Positions 9,453 through 18,893 are shown, counted from the stretch's first letter. The stretch: 64,000 nucleotides of DNA from a candidate division FCPU426 bacterium (GCA_963771075.1 CAVYSE010000005.1:88859-152858), one strand, 5' to 3'. Notes: generated by a model from the letters alone, not told the origin. Made by a program: numbers and translations.

Positions 9453-10865
9453 CACTGCTATCCTAAACAACTCAATCTGACCGCTGCCCCCCAAGAAAAA
9501 CAAGCGATTTTGGACAGGTTTGTGAATTTCCAGGGATAAGCCCCCCCCTTTCGTCCGGATGCTGTCCAAATCACGAGGGTATTAATTCCATCTGTTTTTC
9601 CGCCGGTTCCAATCTCGCCACCAGGAATGGTGCATCCAACCAAGCCCACAAATCGCGGTAGGTCAATAGATTCATCCGCAGCATGGCCGCCAAGTGGGAC
9701 AGGCTCCAGGCGATATGGCTCTTCAGTTGAAGGAATTTCAACAGCAGCATGGCAATCAATGCTGTCCAAATCTGCGTCTGAACAGCATTCTCAGTGGTCC
9801 CTACGAAAGTCTTCACCCGTAAGTTCTGCTTGAGAGCCTTGAAGAACAACTCGATCTGCCAACGTTCCTTGTAGATGGCCGCCACCGTCGAGGCAGCAAA
9901 ACCCATGTGGTTGGTAAGGAATACGAGTTCCCGCTTCTGGTCTTCGTCCCATACCACCACTCGTCGCATCTCTTTCGGGTAGGCTTCCTGTGACCGAAAC
10001 GTTGTTAACCGTATCACTTGGTCCTTCAGGACGTTGCCCGTTTTCGGAACCGGCAGGTTCTTCACCACCTCGTAGGCCATGTTGATCTTGGCACGGGTCA
10101 CCCACCACACGCCTTGGAACGTCCATCGGGCCAGAAGAAAGAAATCCACATATCCCCGATCCATCACTACGATTGAATCCACCGGAAAATCCAGCTTTTG
10201 AGCCACTTTCACGTCATGCACGCCTCCCTCCGTTACGAGTCCCCAGCAGGGCAAGTATCCCTGATGATCCAGCAAGAGATGGAGTTTGATGGCCCCTTTG
10301 GTCCTACGGAACTTTGCCCAGTCGAAGACTGACAAACAAAGATCAATGGTGCTGGAGTCCAGGCTGTAGAGGGGATTCTTGAACTTGAATTTCCTCTTCG
10401 AGATGGCCGCCTGTAGCTGACACTTCGATAGCAGATGGTAGAAAAGACTTTGCTGAACCTGCCAAGGACGGTTGGCGTTAGCGTAAGCCAAGGTGGATTT
10501 AGTGGGTGCTTCGCAAAGACCCAAATGGGTCAATTTCCCAAGGGCCGTGTGGAGGCCACCACAGATTTCCCTCAAGGAATGGGCGGCTCCCATCTGGCAG
10601 AAAAGCATGGAAACAAACTGATTCCAGCAACTGAACCCCTTGGCGTGTTTTTCGGCTTCAAACTCCCGCACAATTCGTTCAAAAGCCGTGCGATCCACAA
10701 TTTTCAACACTTGGGCAAAAAGACTGGTTGGTGGTACCATCGAAATACGCCTCCGGATGTTTGAAGTAGCGACGGCTGGTAACCGTCGCTTTGGGCTTGT
10801 CGACTAACCCAATTCTACTTCAGTCGGAGGTGTCTTTTTTTAGTCCTTTATTTAGGACAAGAGTG
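9453..10865 (-). mobile_element. IS4-family insertion sequence copy 1, 1413 bp
   Basis: Imperfect TIRs CACTGCTATCCTAAA / TTTAGGACAAGAGTG; 9-bp TSD AATTGAATG at 9444-9452 and 10866-10874. Confidence 0.95.
9571..10740 (-). CDS. IS4-family DDE transposase
   Basis: LDSSTIDL, MDRGY, YKERWQIELFFKALKQ (YREK motif). Confidence 0.96.
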   Translation of the reverse strand: MVPPTSLFAQVLKIVDRTAFERIVREFEAEKHAKGFSCWNQFVSMLFCQMGAAHSLREICGGLHTALGKLTHLGLCEAPTKSTLAYANANRPWQVQQSLFYHLLSKCQLQAAISKRKFKFKNPLYSLDSSTIDLCLSVFDWAKFRRTKGAIKLHLLLDHQGYLPCWGLVTEGGVHDVKVAQKLDFPVDSIVVMDRGYVDFFLLARWTFQGVWWVTRAKINMAYEVVKNLPVPKTGNVLKDQVIRLTTFRSQEAYPKEMRRVVVWDEDQKRELVFLTNHMGFAASTVAAIYKERWQIELFFKALKQNLRVKTFVGTTENAVQTQIWTALIAMLLLKFLQLKSHIAWSLSHLAAMLRMNLLTYRDLWAWLDAPFLVARLEPAEKQMELIPS

Positions 10866-10895
10866 AATTGAATGTATTTTTTGAAAAGGGAAAAA

Positions 10896-11525
10896 ATGAA
10901 TTATTTTAATTACCAGATGATGCTTCCATTAACGTTCGGACTGGTCGCGAGTACCTTTCTCTATATCGGCTTAAGGGGTTTGGTGAAACGAAAGCCGTTT
11001 TTAATGCCTTCCAGGTGGATTATCTTCATGATGATCCCGATTTTGCTTCCTGGTTTCAGCCTGCCTTTTATGGTGCATCAAAATCCTGGCTTTGATCTGA
11101 TAACCTGGGCCGATCCCCTCCTGCTTATCCTGATCTTCACCCTTTACTGGAAGATCACAAAAGGATATTCGGTGTATGGCGCGAACGCCGAAACGATCCG
11201 TAAATCGCTCCTGGCTGCGGTCAACGAGTTAAACCTGCAATACACCGAAAACATGACGGGTATCTATTTGCCCGCCCACGACATTACCTTGACGGCATCG
11301 GTGGCAATGTCGATTGGGAAAATTAGTGTAAAAGGGAAAGATACGGGAGGGTTATTGAAAAGGGTGGCTGTGATCATGAAAAAGGAATTCGCGAATTCCG
11401 ACTTCGAATGCGACCTGAAGCCTTTTTTGTTTTTTTTGGCCATTGGCGTGATGATCTTGATCACAGCCTGTAAGGAGGTTTCGTTATTGCAAGAGATCGG
11501 AACGCACTACACCCCAAACCCATAA
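10896..11525 (+). CDS. Hypothetical multi-pass membrane protein
   Basis: About four hydrophobic segments; start 10872 or 10896. Confidence 0.7.
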   Translation: MNYFNYQMMLPLTFGLVASTFLYIGLRGLVKRKPFLMPSRWIIFMMIPILLPGFSLPFMVHQNPGFDLITWADPLLLILIFTLYWKITKGYSVYGANAETIRKSLLAAVNELNLQYTENMTGIYLPAHDITLTASVAMSIGKISVKGKDTGGLLKRVAVIMKKEFANSDFECDLKPFLFFLAIGVMILITACKEVSLLQEIGTHYTPNP

Positions 11526-11615
11526 TAGGCCCCATTCTGCAGGGGCTTCTGGGCACGCTACGGATTTTCCACTGCGGGTCCCCGTCGTGGGAAGGCAAAA
11601 TCAGAAAGAACAAGA

Positions 11616-12098
11616 ATGAACAAAGAAGTTAAAAGTCACCTTTCGACGATCGATAAATTACTTTCGTCTAAAAATGAGAAAAATATCTGGAAGGGGGCCG
11701 CGGACCTATGCGGTTACGTTATTGACCAGCCTGAACTAATCTGGGATCGAATTGTAAAATATGGTTCCCGAAACAATGGGGAGTTGCAACAGGCCATAGC
11801 TTTATGCGTTTTGGAGCATGTTTTTCAGTATCACTTCAATGAGTATTTCCCAAAAGCCAAGAAAATTATCCTTTCTGGTAATAAACGTTTCCGGGAAACT
11901 TTTTGTCAATGTGGTAAATTCGGTCAATCGGAGAAAAAGTCCAACTCGGCAAAATGGGACAAATTCATTTTTCAAACCGCGACATTTGGGGAAAAGGAAA
12001 GAATTCTATATTGGAAAAAATGGAATAAGTTAAAGAAAAAGGCAATGACGGGTGACCCCAAAGCAGTTAAGGCTTATCAAAAGTTCCGTTCTGTTTAG
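11616..12098 (+). CDS. Hypothetical protein, AT-rich
   Basis: 160-aa ORF directly after the palindrome at 11565; no family recognised. Confidence 0.65.
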   Translation: MNKEVKSHLSTIDKLLSSKNEKNIWKGAADLCGYVIDQPELIWDRIVKYGSRNNGELQQAIALCVLEHVFQYHFNEYFPKAKKIILSGNKRFRETFCQCGKFGQSEKKSNSAKWDKFIFQTATFGEKERILYWKKWNKLKKKAMTGDPKAVKAYQKFRSV

Positions 12099-12171
12099 AA
12101 TCGTAAAGTTCGGGTGATATATACGGCTGGCCAATTAGGGGCTCCTTCTTTGACAATAAAAGACCTATATA

Positions 12172-12194
12172 ATGTACGTAATAATACCGTACAT
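12172..12194. promoter_or_regulatory. Probable TA operator
   Basis: ATGTACG-N9-CGTACAT inverted repeat upstream of the DUF1778 antitoxin. Confidence 0.5.
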
Positions 12195-12217
12195 ATGGTA
12201 TATTGCCGATGGAGGGT

Positions 12218-12505
12218 ATGACCATGACGAAAGCTCTAAAAACCAAAGAAGAACGTATCGAATTGAGGGTGAGGCCCCAGGACAAGCGACTGCTGGAAAA
12301 AGCGGCTCAAGCCCAAGGATTGAGCCTGAGTTCTTATCTTGTGACGAGATCCCTGCATGCGGCCCAGGAAGACGCGGTTCCGGTTAAAACCTACATACCC
12401 TCCAAGCGGGATGTGGACTTGTTTCTTCGGCTTCTGGAAACTCCCCCCCTGCCAAACGAAAAGCTTAAAGCGGCGGCGCGGCGTTATCAAAAAGAAATGT
12501 CCTGA
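12218..12505 (+). CDS. DUF1778 (TacA-like) RHH antitoxin
   Basis: KEERIELRV..LLEKAA..GLSLSSY..LLETPPLPNEKLKAA. Confidence 0.92.
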   Translation: MTMTKALKTKEERIELRVRPQDKRLLEKAAQAQGLSLSSYLVTRSLHAAQEDAVPVKTYIPSKRDVDLFLRLLETPPLPNEKLKAAARRYQKEMS

Positions 12506-12513
12506 TCCGGACT

Positions 12514-13026
12514 ATGCCTGGCCCAAAATGGAAAATGGTACCCGTCACGGAAAAAGCTGAACTCCAATCTTTCGATTGCGGGATACCTGAACTCAATGAT
12601 TACCTGAAAAGGTACGCGGGCCAGAACCACCGAAAAGGGTTGGGCAGCACTTACGTTCTCGTTCCCGCCGAGGGGGAACCACTGGCAGTCGGGTACCATA
12701 CCTTAAGTATGGCTCAGGTGGATCTGCAAAACTTGCCCGAATCCCATTGCAAAAACCTACCGAAGTATCCTGTTCCTGCGGTTCGATTAGGCCGTCTTGC
12801 CGTTGACCGCAAATGGCAAGGGGCTGGATTGGGGGAGATCCTATTGATGGATGCGATTCACCGGTCTGTTGCGGCGGTTCAATCAGTCGCGGCTAAGTAT
12901 AAGATCGTAGACGCTAAAAACAAAAAAGCTGAAGAGTTTTACTTGCGCTACGGTTTTCATCCCTTTGAGGGAGGAGCCCATTCCCTGGTTGCCGCTATCG
13001 ACACGTTAAAAGGGCTTTTTGGGTAG
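12514..13026 (+). CDS. GNAT acetyltransferase toxin (TacT/AtaT-like)
   Basis: FDCGIPELNDYLK..PAVRLGRLAVD..QGAGLG..VDAKN..FYLRYGF. Confidence 0.93.
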   Translation: MPGPKWKMVPVTEKAELQSFDCGIPELNDYLKRYAGQNHRKGLGSTYVLVPAEGEPLAVGYHTLSMAQVDLQNLPESHCKNLPKYPVPAVRLGRLAVDRKWQGAGLGEILLMDAIHRSVAAVQSVAAKYKIVDAKNKKAEEFYLRYGFHPFEGGAHSLVAAIDTLKGLFG

Positions 13027-13085
13027 AAAGGTTTGTCCGCGACGGGGGGCCGGGATGGGCAAATAAATAATTTGAATTGAGGAGG

Positions 13086-13574
13086 ATGATCGTGCGTAGA
13101 TTGAAATCGCTTGGGATGATCGGGTTGGTTCTGGGCCTCGTTTTATTGGGTATGAATCATTGGGGCTGCTCAAGCTCGGATAACGAAGCCGATAGCAAGG
13201 CCTACGTGGATAAAGTCGCGCCGGTCCTATTCAAGGACTGGGATTCGACCCTCATTTTGGCCGAAGCCGATCCGGATCTGAAGAATTTCGCCGACACGAA
13301 TAAAGACGCCTTCGATAAAGGGATCCAATCCTTCAAGGACGCGGTTGGCTCCATGAAAACCTACAAAGGCGCGACCCTTTTGGGGAAACCCACCGAAGGG
13401 CCGGACCATACGGTCGTCGCCGGTTATTCCGTTGAGGCAGATTTCGAGAAAGGGACCAGCAAGGTTTTAGTGACCACTACCCTCCGCGGCGGGAAATGGC
13501 AGATGGGTCTTTTTAACCTCGACCCGCAAGCCGAGTTGCAAAGGATGACCAAGGCCCTGACCCCGAACCCTTAA
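13086..13574 (+). CDS. Putative lipoprotein
   Basis: Basic-hydrophobic N-terminus then WG-C-SSS; start uncertain (13077-13092). Confidence 0.7.
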   Translation: MIVRRLKSLGMIGLVLGLVLLGMNHWGCSSSDNEADSKAYVDKVAPVLFKDWDSTLILAEADPDLKNFADTNKDAFDKGIQSFKDAVGSMKTYKGATLLGKPTEGPDHTVVAGYSVEADFEKGTSKVLVTTTLRGGKWQMGLFNLDPQAELQRMTKALTPNP

Positions 13575-13734
13575 ACCACCGGATGGGCCGGGAGTTTCGG
13601 CGGCCAAACGAACCATCGGCTTTTAGCTGATAAAGCTTTTTCCACGGCGGGCCATGTAGCTAAGCGCAAGCGCATGCTACATGGCGGGAACCAGAATAAC
13701 CCGCGATTGTACCTTCGCTATTTCAATGGGCCGT

Positions 13735-13770
13735 TTGACAAATTAACTGAGAGTATTACAATGTATTACA
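13735..13770 (+). promoter_or_regulatory. Sigma70-like promoter with tandem operator
   Basis: TTGACA-N16-TACAAT overlapping two GTATTACA repeats. Confidence 0.65.
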
Positions 13771-13784
13771 TATAGGAGGGTTCG

Positions 13785-14003
13785 ATGAAAACCATGTTAA
13801 ACGTTCGCTTGACGCCCGAATTGGGCCGGCAGTTGGAAAAAGCTTCCAAAGAAGGAAAAATCCCCGTTAGTGATATAGTCCGCGAATCTTTAAAACGTTA
13901 TGTGGTTGTTTTGCGTTTCCAAGAGCTGCAGAAAAAAATGATTAAAAAAGCGAGAAAGAAAGGGGTTTTCACTGACGAGGACGTATTCAAGATCGTTTCA
14001 TGA
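13785..14003 (+). CDS. RHH/CopG antitoxin
   Basis: LNVRL..SDIVRESLKRY..FTDEDVFKIVS; overlaps the PIN gene. Confidence 0.88.
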   Translation: MKTMLNVRLTPELGRQLEKASKEGKIPVSDIVRESLKRYVVVLRFQELQKKMIKKARKKGVFTDEDVFKIVS

Positions 14004-14404
14004 AAATCGTTCTGGATACCAATGTTTATATTGCCGCTTTAGTCACCCAAGGCCTTTGCGCCGAAGTTTATCAATATTGCCTCCAATATCATGAACTCGT
14101 CCTATCCGATTACATTCTCAAAGAAATTCGACGTAATCTCACCCGTAAATTCGGCCAATCGGCTTCGGATGTGTCGGAAGCGCTGGAGATATTGTCCGAA
14201 GGGGCTTTGAAAGTCACGCCCCACCCACTTGATAAACCTGTGAGCCGGGATTCATCCGACGACCCTATTCTTGGAACTGCCCTGGCGGGTAAAGTTGATT
14301 ATCTTGTCTCGGGAGACAAGGATTTACTTTCGCTCAAACGTTATGGGCAAATCCGTATTATTTCACCCCGGGATTTTTGGACAAAGATGATGGGGTCTGA
14401 ATAG
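14000..14404 (+). CDS. PIN-domain (VapC-like, PIN_3) toxin
   Basis: MKIVLDTNV..RDSSDDPIL..LVSGDKDLL. Confidence 0.93.
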   Translation: MKIVLDTNVYIAALVTQGLCAEVYQYCLQYHELVLSDYILKEIRRNLTRKFGQSASDVSEALEILSEGALKVTPHPLDKPVSRDSSDDPILGTALAGKVDYLVSGDKDLLSLKRYGQIRIISPRDFWTKMMGSE

Positions 14405-14429
14405 CAGAAGCCGTTTTTTAATTTTAAAG

Positions 14430-15350
14430 ATGCGTCAAAAGGGTTTAATTTTGGTTAAAAAGAATAGTAAACAAAGCGCCATTTACCTTCCCTTCGCGAT
14501 CGGGTTGATCCTTTCCCTCATCCTGGGAACGGTGGTTTGGCGGTGGTTTTATATCGTATTCAGTTCCATCGGTTTATTCATCTCGATAGGGAATTGGATC
14601 CAGTCCCGCTCGGTTCAACCCGATCTTGGCCGAAGGGTGAGCCTTCTTCTCATCCTGCCTATCTTCATCGTCTTTTTTGGCTTCTTCCAACGGGAAAATA
14701 TGCAATTGGAGGAAACGGTTTTTTACGGGGCCTTTTTCCTGGCCGGGGGCGTATTCACCCGGGTGCTGATCCATTATTCCATCGCAAAGGTGTTCGGCCC
14801 GCTCCTCTTCGGGAGGGGTTTTTGCGGCTGGGCCTGTTGGACCGCCGCTATCTTGGATTGGCTGCCGATTAAAGAAAACAACCCCATCCCCGCGAAATAC
14901 ACTTGGGTCCGCTGGCCCGTCTTGGCGGTTTCCATCGGCCTTCCTTTTTACCTCATTCGCGCGGGATACAACTATATGGAGGGGCATATTCAGGGGGACG
15001 CGGGTAACCTGATCCAAACCCACAAATGGGACCAATTCCTCTGGTTCTTGGCCGGAAACGGCCTTTATTACTTAAGCGGGATCCTGTTGGCTTTCGCGTT
15101 CAAAAAAAGAAGGGCTTTTTGCAAGATCGCCTGCCCGGTGTCGCTGGTGATGAAGGTTCCATCCAGGTTTTCGATCATCCGCAAGAGACCCTCGGGGGAA
15201 AACTGTTCGGGCTGCGGAAAATGCAACAAGGAATGCCCGATGGATGTGGATGTCCGGAGCTATATTCAAAAAGGGCTTAAAATACTTTCCGCGGAGTGCA
15301 TCCTCTGCGGTAAGTGCAGCCAGGTTTGCCCAACCCACGCGATTCTCTGA
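14430..15350 (+). CDS. Membrane 4Fe-4S binding protein (NapH/YccM-like)
   Basis: GRGFCGWAC, RAFCKIACP, two CxxCxxCxxxCP motifs. Confidence 0.9.
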   Translation: MRQKGLILVKKNSKQSAIYLPFAIGLILSLILGTVVWRWFYIVFSSIGLFISIGNWIQSRSVQPDLGRRVSLLLILPIFIVFFGFFQRENMQLEETVFYGAFFLAGGVFTRVLIHYSIAKVFGPLLFGRGFCGWACWTAAILDWLPIKENNPIPAKYTWVRWPVLAVSIGLPFYLIRAGYNYMEGHIQGDAGNLIQTHKWDQFLWFLAGNGLYYLSGILLAFAFKKRRAFCKIACPVSLVMKVPSRFSIIRKRPSGENCSGCGKCNKECPMDVDVRSYIQKGLKILSAECILCGKCSQVCPTHAIL

Positions 15351-15536
15351 ACTGGTTGGATTGAAATGTTGGTTGTCCGCAGCGGGCCATGTAGCTAAGC
15401 GCAAGCGCATGCTACATGGCGGGAACCCGGTTTGGACTTCTCTTTTGGCCACATATTGGGTACTTGGTTCCTAAAACCCCGACTTAAGGGATTTAACCGG
15501 AGCTAAAATAACGGCAATTCAAAGCGGATAATTGAA

Positions 15537-15560
15537 TGGTTCGAGTCCAACCCGGGGAGC
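15537..15560 (+). other. tRNA 3'-end fragment (tRNA-Asn-like), putative att site
   Basis: TGGTTCGAGTCCAACCCGGGGAGC is a T-loop plus 3' acceptor strand; no D or anticodon arm upstream. Confidence 0.65.
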
Positions 15561-15771
15561 AATTAAATATTATTCAAAGGATATATTAATGGATGAAGAT
15601 AAAAACCTTAGTTTTTTAAAAACGGTTCATACCGTAACTATTCTTATCGGTTTTTTCATTGGCGTTTTATCTTTTTTTTCAAGTTTTGGGATCGGTATGG
15701 TGATGAGCAATGCCGACACCGATTGGGTTGGTACGCCATATCAAGCGGATGTATAACTTTGCCTGCAATCT

Positions 15772-17184
15772 CACTCTTGTCCTAAATAAAGGACTAAAAA
15801 AAGACACCTCCGACTGAAGTAGAATTGGGTTAGTCGACAAGCCCAAAGCGACGGTTACCAGCCGTCGCTACTTCAAACATCCGGAGGCGTATTTCGATGG
15901 TACCACCAACCAGTCTTTTTGCCCAAGTGTTGAAAATTGTGGATCGCACGGCTTTTGAACGAATTGTGCGGGAGTTTGAAGCCGAAAAACACGCCAAGGG
16001 GTTCAGTTGCTGGAATCAGTTTGTTTCCATGCTTTTCTGCCAGATGGGAGCCGCCCATTCCTTGAGGGAAATCTGTGGTGGCCTCCACACGGCCCTTGGG
16101 AAATTGACCCATTTGGGTCTTTGCGAAGCACCCACTAAATCCACCTTGGCTTACGCTAACGCCAACCGTCCTTGGCAGGTTCAGCAAAGTCTTTTCTACC
16201 ATCTGCTATCGAAGTGTCAGCTACAGGCGGCCATCTCGAAGAGGAAATTCAAGTTCAAGAATCCCCTCTACAGCCTGGACTCCAGCACCATTGATCTTTG
16301 TTTGTCAGTCTTCGACTGGGCAAAGTTCCGTAGGACCAAAGGGGCCATCAAACTCCATCTCTTGCTGGATCATCAGGGATACTTGCCCTGCTGGGGACTC
16401 GTAACGGAGGGAGGCGTGCATGACGTGAAAGTGGCTCAAAAGCTGGATTTTCCGGTGGATTCAATCGTAGTGATGGATCGGGGATATGTGGATTTCTTTC
16501 TTCTGGCCCGATGGACGTTCCAAGGCGTGTGGTGGGTGACCCGTGCCAAGATCAACATGGCCTACGAGGTGGTGAAGAACCTGCCGGTTCCGAAAACGGG
16601 CAACGTCCTGAAGGACCAAGTGATACGGTTAACAACGTTTCGGTCACAGGAAGCCTACCCGAAAGAGATGCGACGAGTGGTGGTATGGGACGAAGACCAG
16701 AAGCGGGAACTCGTATTCCTTACCAACCACATGGGTTTTGCTGCCTCGACGGTGGCGGCCATCTACAAGGAACGTTGGCAGATCGAGTTGTTCTTCAAGG
16801 CTCTCAAGCAGAACTTACGGGTGAAGACTTTCGTAGGGACCACTGAGAATGCTGTTCAGACGCAGATTTGGACAGCATTGATTGCCATGCTGCTGTTGAA
16901 ATTCCTTCAACTGAAGAGCCATATCGCCTGGAGCCTGTCCCACTTGGCGGCCATGCTGCGGATGAATCTATTGACCTACCGCGATTTGTGGGCTTGGTTG
17001 GATGCACCATTCCTGGTGGCGAGATTGGAACCGGCGGAAAAACAGATGGAATTAATACCCTCGTGATTTGGACAGCATCCGGACGAAAGGGGGGGGCTTA
17101 TCCCTGGAAATTCACAAACCTGTCCAAAATCGCTTGTTTTTCTTGGGGGGCAGCGGTCAGATTGAGTTGTTTAGGATAGCAGTG
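15772..17184 (+). mobile_element. IS4-family insertion sequence copy 2, 1413 bp
   Basis: Same TIRs as copy 1; 9-bp TSD CTGCAATCT at 15763-15771 and 17185-17193. Confidence 0.95.
15897..17066 (+). CDS. IS4-family DDE transposase
   Basis: Protein identical to 9571-10740. Confidence 0.96.
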   Translation: MVPPTSLFAQVLKIVDRTAFERIVREFEAEKHAKGFSCWNQFVSMLFCQMGAAHSLREICGGLHTALGKLTHLGLCEAPTKSTLAYANANRPWQVQQSLFYHLLSKCQLQAAISKRKFKFKNPLYSLDSSTIDLCLSVFDWAKFRRTKGAIKLHLLLDHQGYLPCWGLVTEGGVHDVKVAQKLDFPVDSIVVMDRGYVDFFLLARWTFQGVWWVTRAKINMAYEVVKNLPVPKTGNVLKDQVIRLTTFRSQEAYPKEMRRVVVWDEDQKRELVFLTNHMGFAASTVAAIYKERWQIELFFKALKQNLRVKTFVGTTENAVQTQIWTALIAMLLLKFLQLKSHIAWSLSHLAAMLRMNLLTYRDLWAWLDAPFLVARLEPAEKQMELIPS

Positions 17185-17508
17185 CTGCAATCTTGATTGG
17201 CATCATCCTTCCAAGAGTTAGCGCAATTTTATTGTGGGGTGCGGCGTTAGTGACGGCATTCCTTGTAATCATTAATGGTCATAAGGGTTTATCTGTAGCA
17301 GTTAGCCAGGATATTTATTGGGGCAATTTCTGCTGGTGGCAACTAACAGTGATGATGATAGTGTTGGGGTCGGCTTTGTTTTTTATAGGGTGGAAAAAAA
17401 GATCAATCTTACTAACAAAAAAATAGTGTTCTAACATCGAATTATTACGAATTTGATGGTTCACAGATTCGGAATAGATGAACAAAGGGTTCAAGCTGGG
17501 GCTTTATT

Positions 17509-18015
17509 TTATCGAATCCAACCCAAAGGCAGCAGGGCAGGAACCCGCTTACGGTAGGCCCGATAGGCGGTGCCGAACCGGCTTCCCAGCCAGGTTTCCT
17601 CTTCCCGAACCAGCATCAAGACCAAGGCGCACATGAAAAGGGGGATGATGAAGGCGGTCCAGTTATTCGTCAGCAGAACGATTCCGGGAACGATGAGGAC
17701 GCACCAACTGGCGTAGAGGGGGTGGCGGCAGAAGCCGTAAAGGCCCGAGGTGCAAAGCCTGCCCGCATGGAAGCCCTTGACCACTTTCACGCCGGAAAGG
17801 ATCCACCCGGGAACGCCCAAGGCGATCAGGATGACCCCAAGGCCGACCCTGACAGCGGACGGGAGGAAGGCGATCGGAAACCCGCCGGCATGACCGGCAC
17901 ATAACCCGTAAACCAGGGCGGCAAAGAGAAGGGACATACTAGAGAACTGGGGACCGATGCCAAAAACCGTCATGGCGGGGGGCACCGGGCGAACCTGGGG
18001 AGTTTTTTTTCTCAT
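17509..18015 (-). CDS. Isoprenylcysteine carboxylmethyltransferase (ICMT/PEMT) family protein
   Basis: LCTSGLYGFCRHPLYA..EEETWL..FG.AY.AY.KRVP. Confidence 0.9.
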   Translation of the reverse strand: MRKKTPQVRPVPPAMTVFGIGPQFSSMSLLFAALVYGLCAGHAGGFPIAFLPSAVRVGLGVILIALGVPGWILSGVKVVKGFHAGRLCTSGLYGFCRHPLYASWCVLIVPGIVLLTNNWTAFIIPLFMCALVLMLVREEETWLGSRFGTAYRAYRKRVPALLPLGWIR

Positions 18016-18348
18016 GGGAAACCTCCTGAGGGAGTGGCTGGGCCATTATCGCATCCGGCACCTTTACATAACAGGCCGAACCCTTTTACCCGCTAAACAG
18101 AGGGGTAAAAACCTTTCATCATTTCCCAAAAACTAAGTTTCCACAAGAATGAACTCGGCGGGGAAAGGTCTTTGCCAGGCTTGCGCGATGGACCAACATC
18201 CCTTTTTTGCGAGAACCCCGAAATCCGCCAGGAACCAGGGTCAGACGCGATCCGGTTGGGCCGGGGGCCATGGACGCGCGGCCCTTGGGGCCGGGTGAGG
18301 GTGCCCCAAACCTGAGTATCAGGGGTGTAAAGGGCTGGGACGGAAAAA

Positions 18349-18597
18349 TTATTTTTTCAATTTCAGGCGGGTTTTCATCTCCGCGAGTGAGATGGTTTTT
18401 TGTTTCCTGCGGGTTTGGATGAGATTCCAAAATGCGCCGTTCGTTTCCTGAACAACCGTTTCCCAATCCTCTCCCTCAACCCCGACCAGGACGGCGGACG
18501 GCTTGCCATGCCGGGTCAATACCACGCGATCCTTTTGGGAGGCGTCGACATACTCTTTAATCTTTTTCTGGAGATCCCGGACATTGACGGTTTTCAT
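18349..18597 (-). CDS. Phd/YefM-family antitoxin
   Basis: MKTVNVRDL..VVLTRHGKPSAVLV. Confidence 0.9.
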   Translation of the reverse strand: MKTVNVRDLQKKIKEYVDASQKDRVVLTRHGKPSAVLVGVEGEDWETVVQETNGAFWNLIQTRRKQKTISLAEMKTRLKLKK

Positions 18598-18893
18598 AAA
18601 ATTTCCTCCGTTTGGCTGTGGGGCGGTTTGAAGCGGATGGCACGTACATAAACCGTCCGTTCCTCCTCCGCTACGTCGTAAAAAACACGGTAATCCTCAA
18701 CCCTTAATTCCCATATGGGCGGCACGTTTTGCCAGGGAGGCACTAAATTCAACAGGATCTTTCGTTTCTTCGTCCTCGTCGTGGGCTGATGCGTTAGCTG
18801 TTCTTCGATCGCATCCAGGATGATCCGCTGGTCCCGTACGGGCAGTGGCTTCAGGTCGTTCCAGACGCCGGTCGATAACTGGATGTCGAACAT
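18594..18893 (-). CDS. RelE/ParE-family toxin
   Basis: WELRVEDYRVFYDV..VYVRAIRFK; overlaps the antitoxin start. Confidence 0.9.
   Translation of the reverse strand: MFDIQLSTGVWNDLKPLPVRDQRIILDAIEEQLTHQPTTRTKKRKILLNLVPPWQNVPPIWELRVEDYRVFYDVAEEERTVYVRAIRFKPPHSQTEEIL

Larger units (their letters stand above)
15589..17426 (+). pseudogene. Membrane protein gene interrupted by IS4 copy 2
   Basis: Removing the IS joins ..WYAISSGCITLPAI to LIGIILPRVSAILL..; one extra frameshift near 15725. Confidence 0.7.

Noticed and set aside
1472..15440. CRISPR array
   Set aside because: Repeats are separated by whole genes (0.6-4 kb), are degenerate, and no cas genes are present.
15500..15565. Intact tRNA gene
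   Set aside because: Only the T-arm and 3' acceptor strand are present.
10866..15771. Composite transposon already mobilised by IS4
   Set aside because: Each IS has its own TSD; there is no shared outer duplication.
17428..17484. attC site (TCTAAC...hairpin)
   Set aside because: No matching GTTRRRY end and only a single occurrence.
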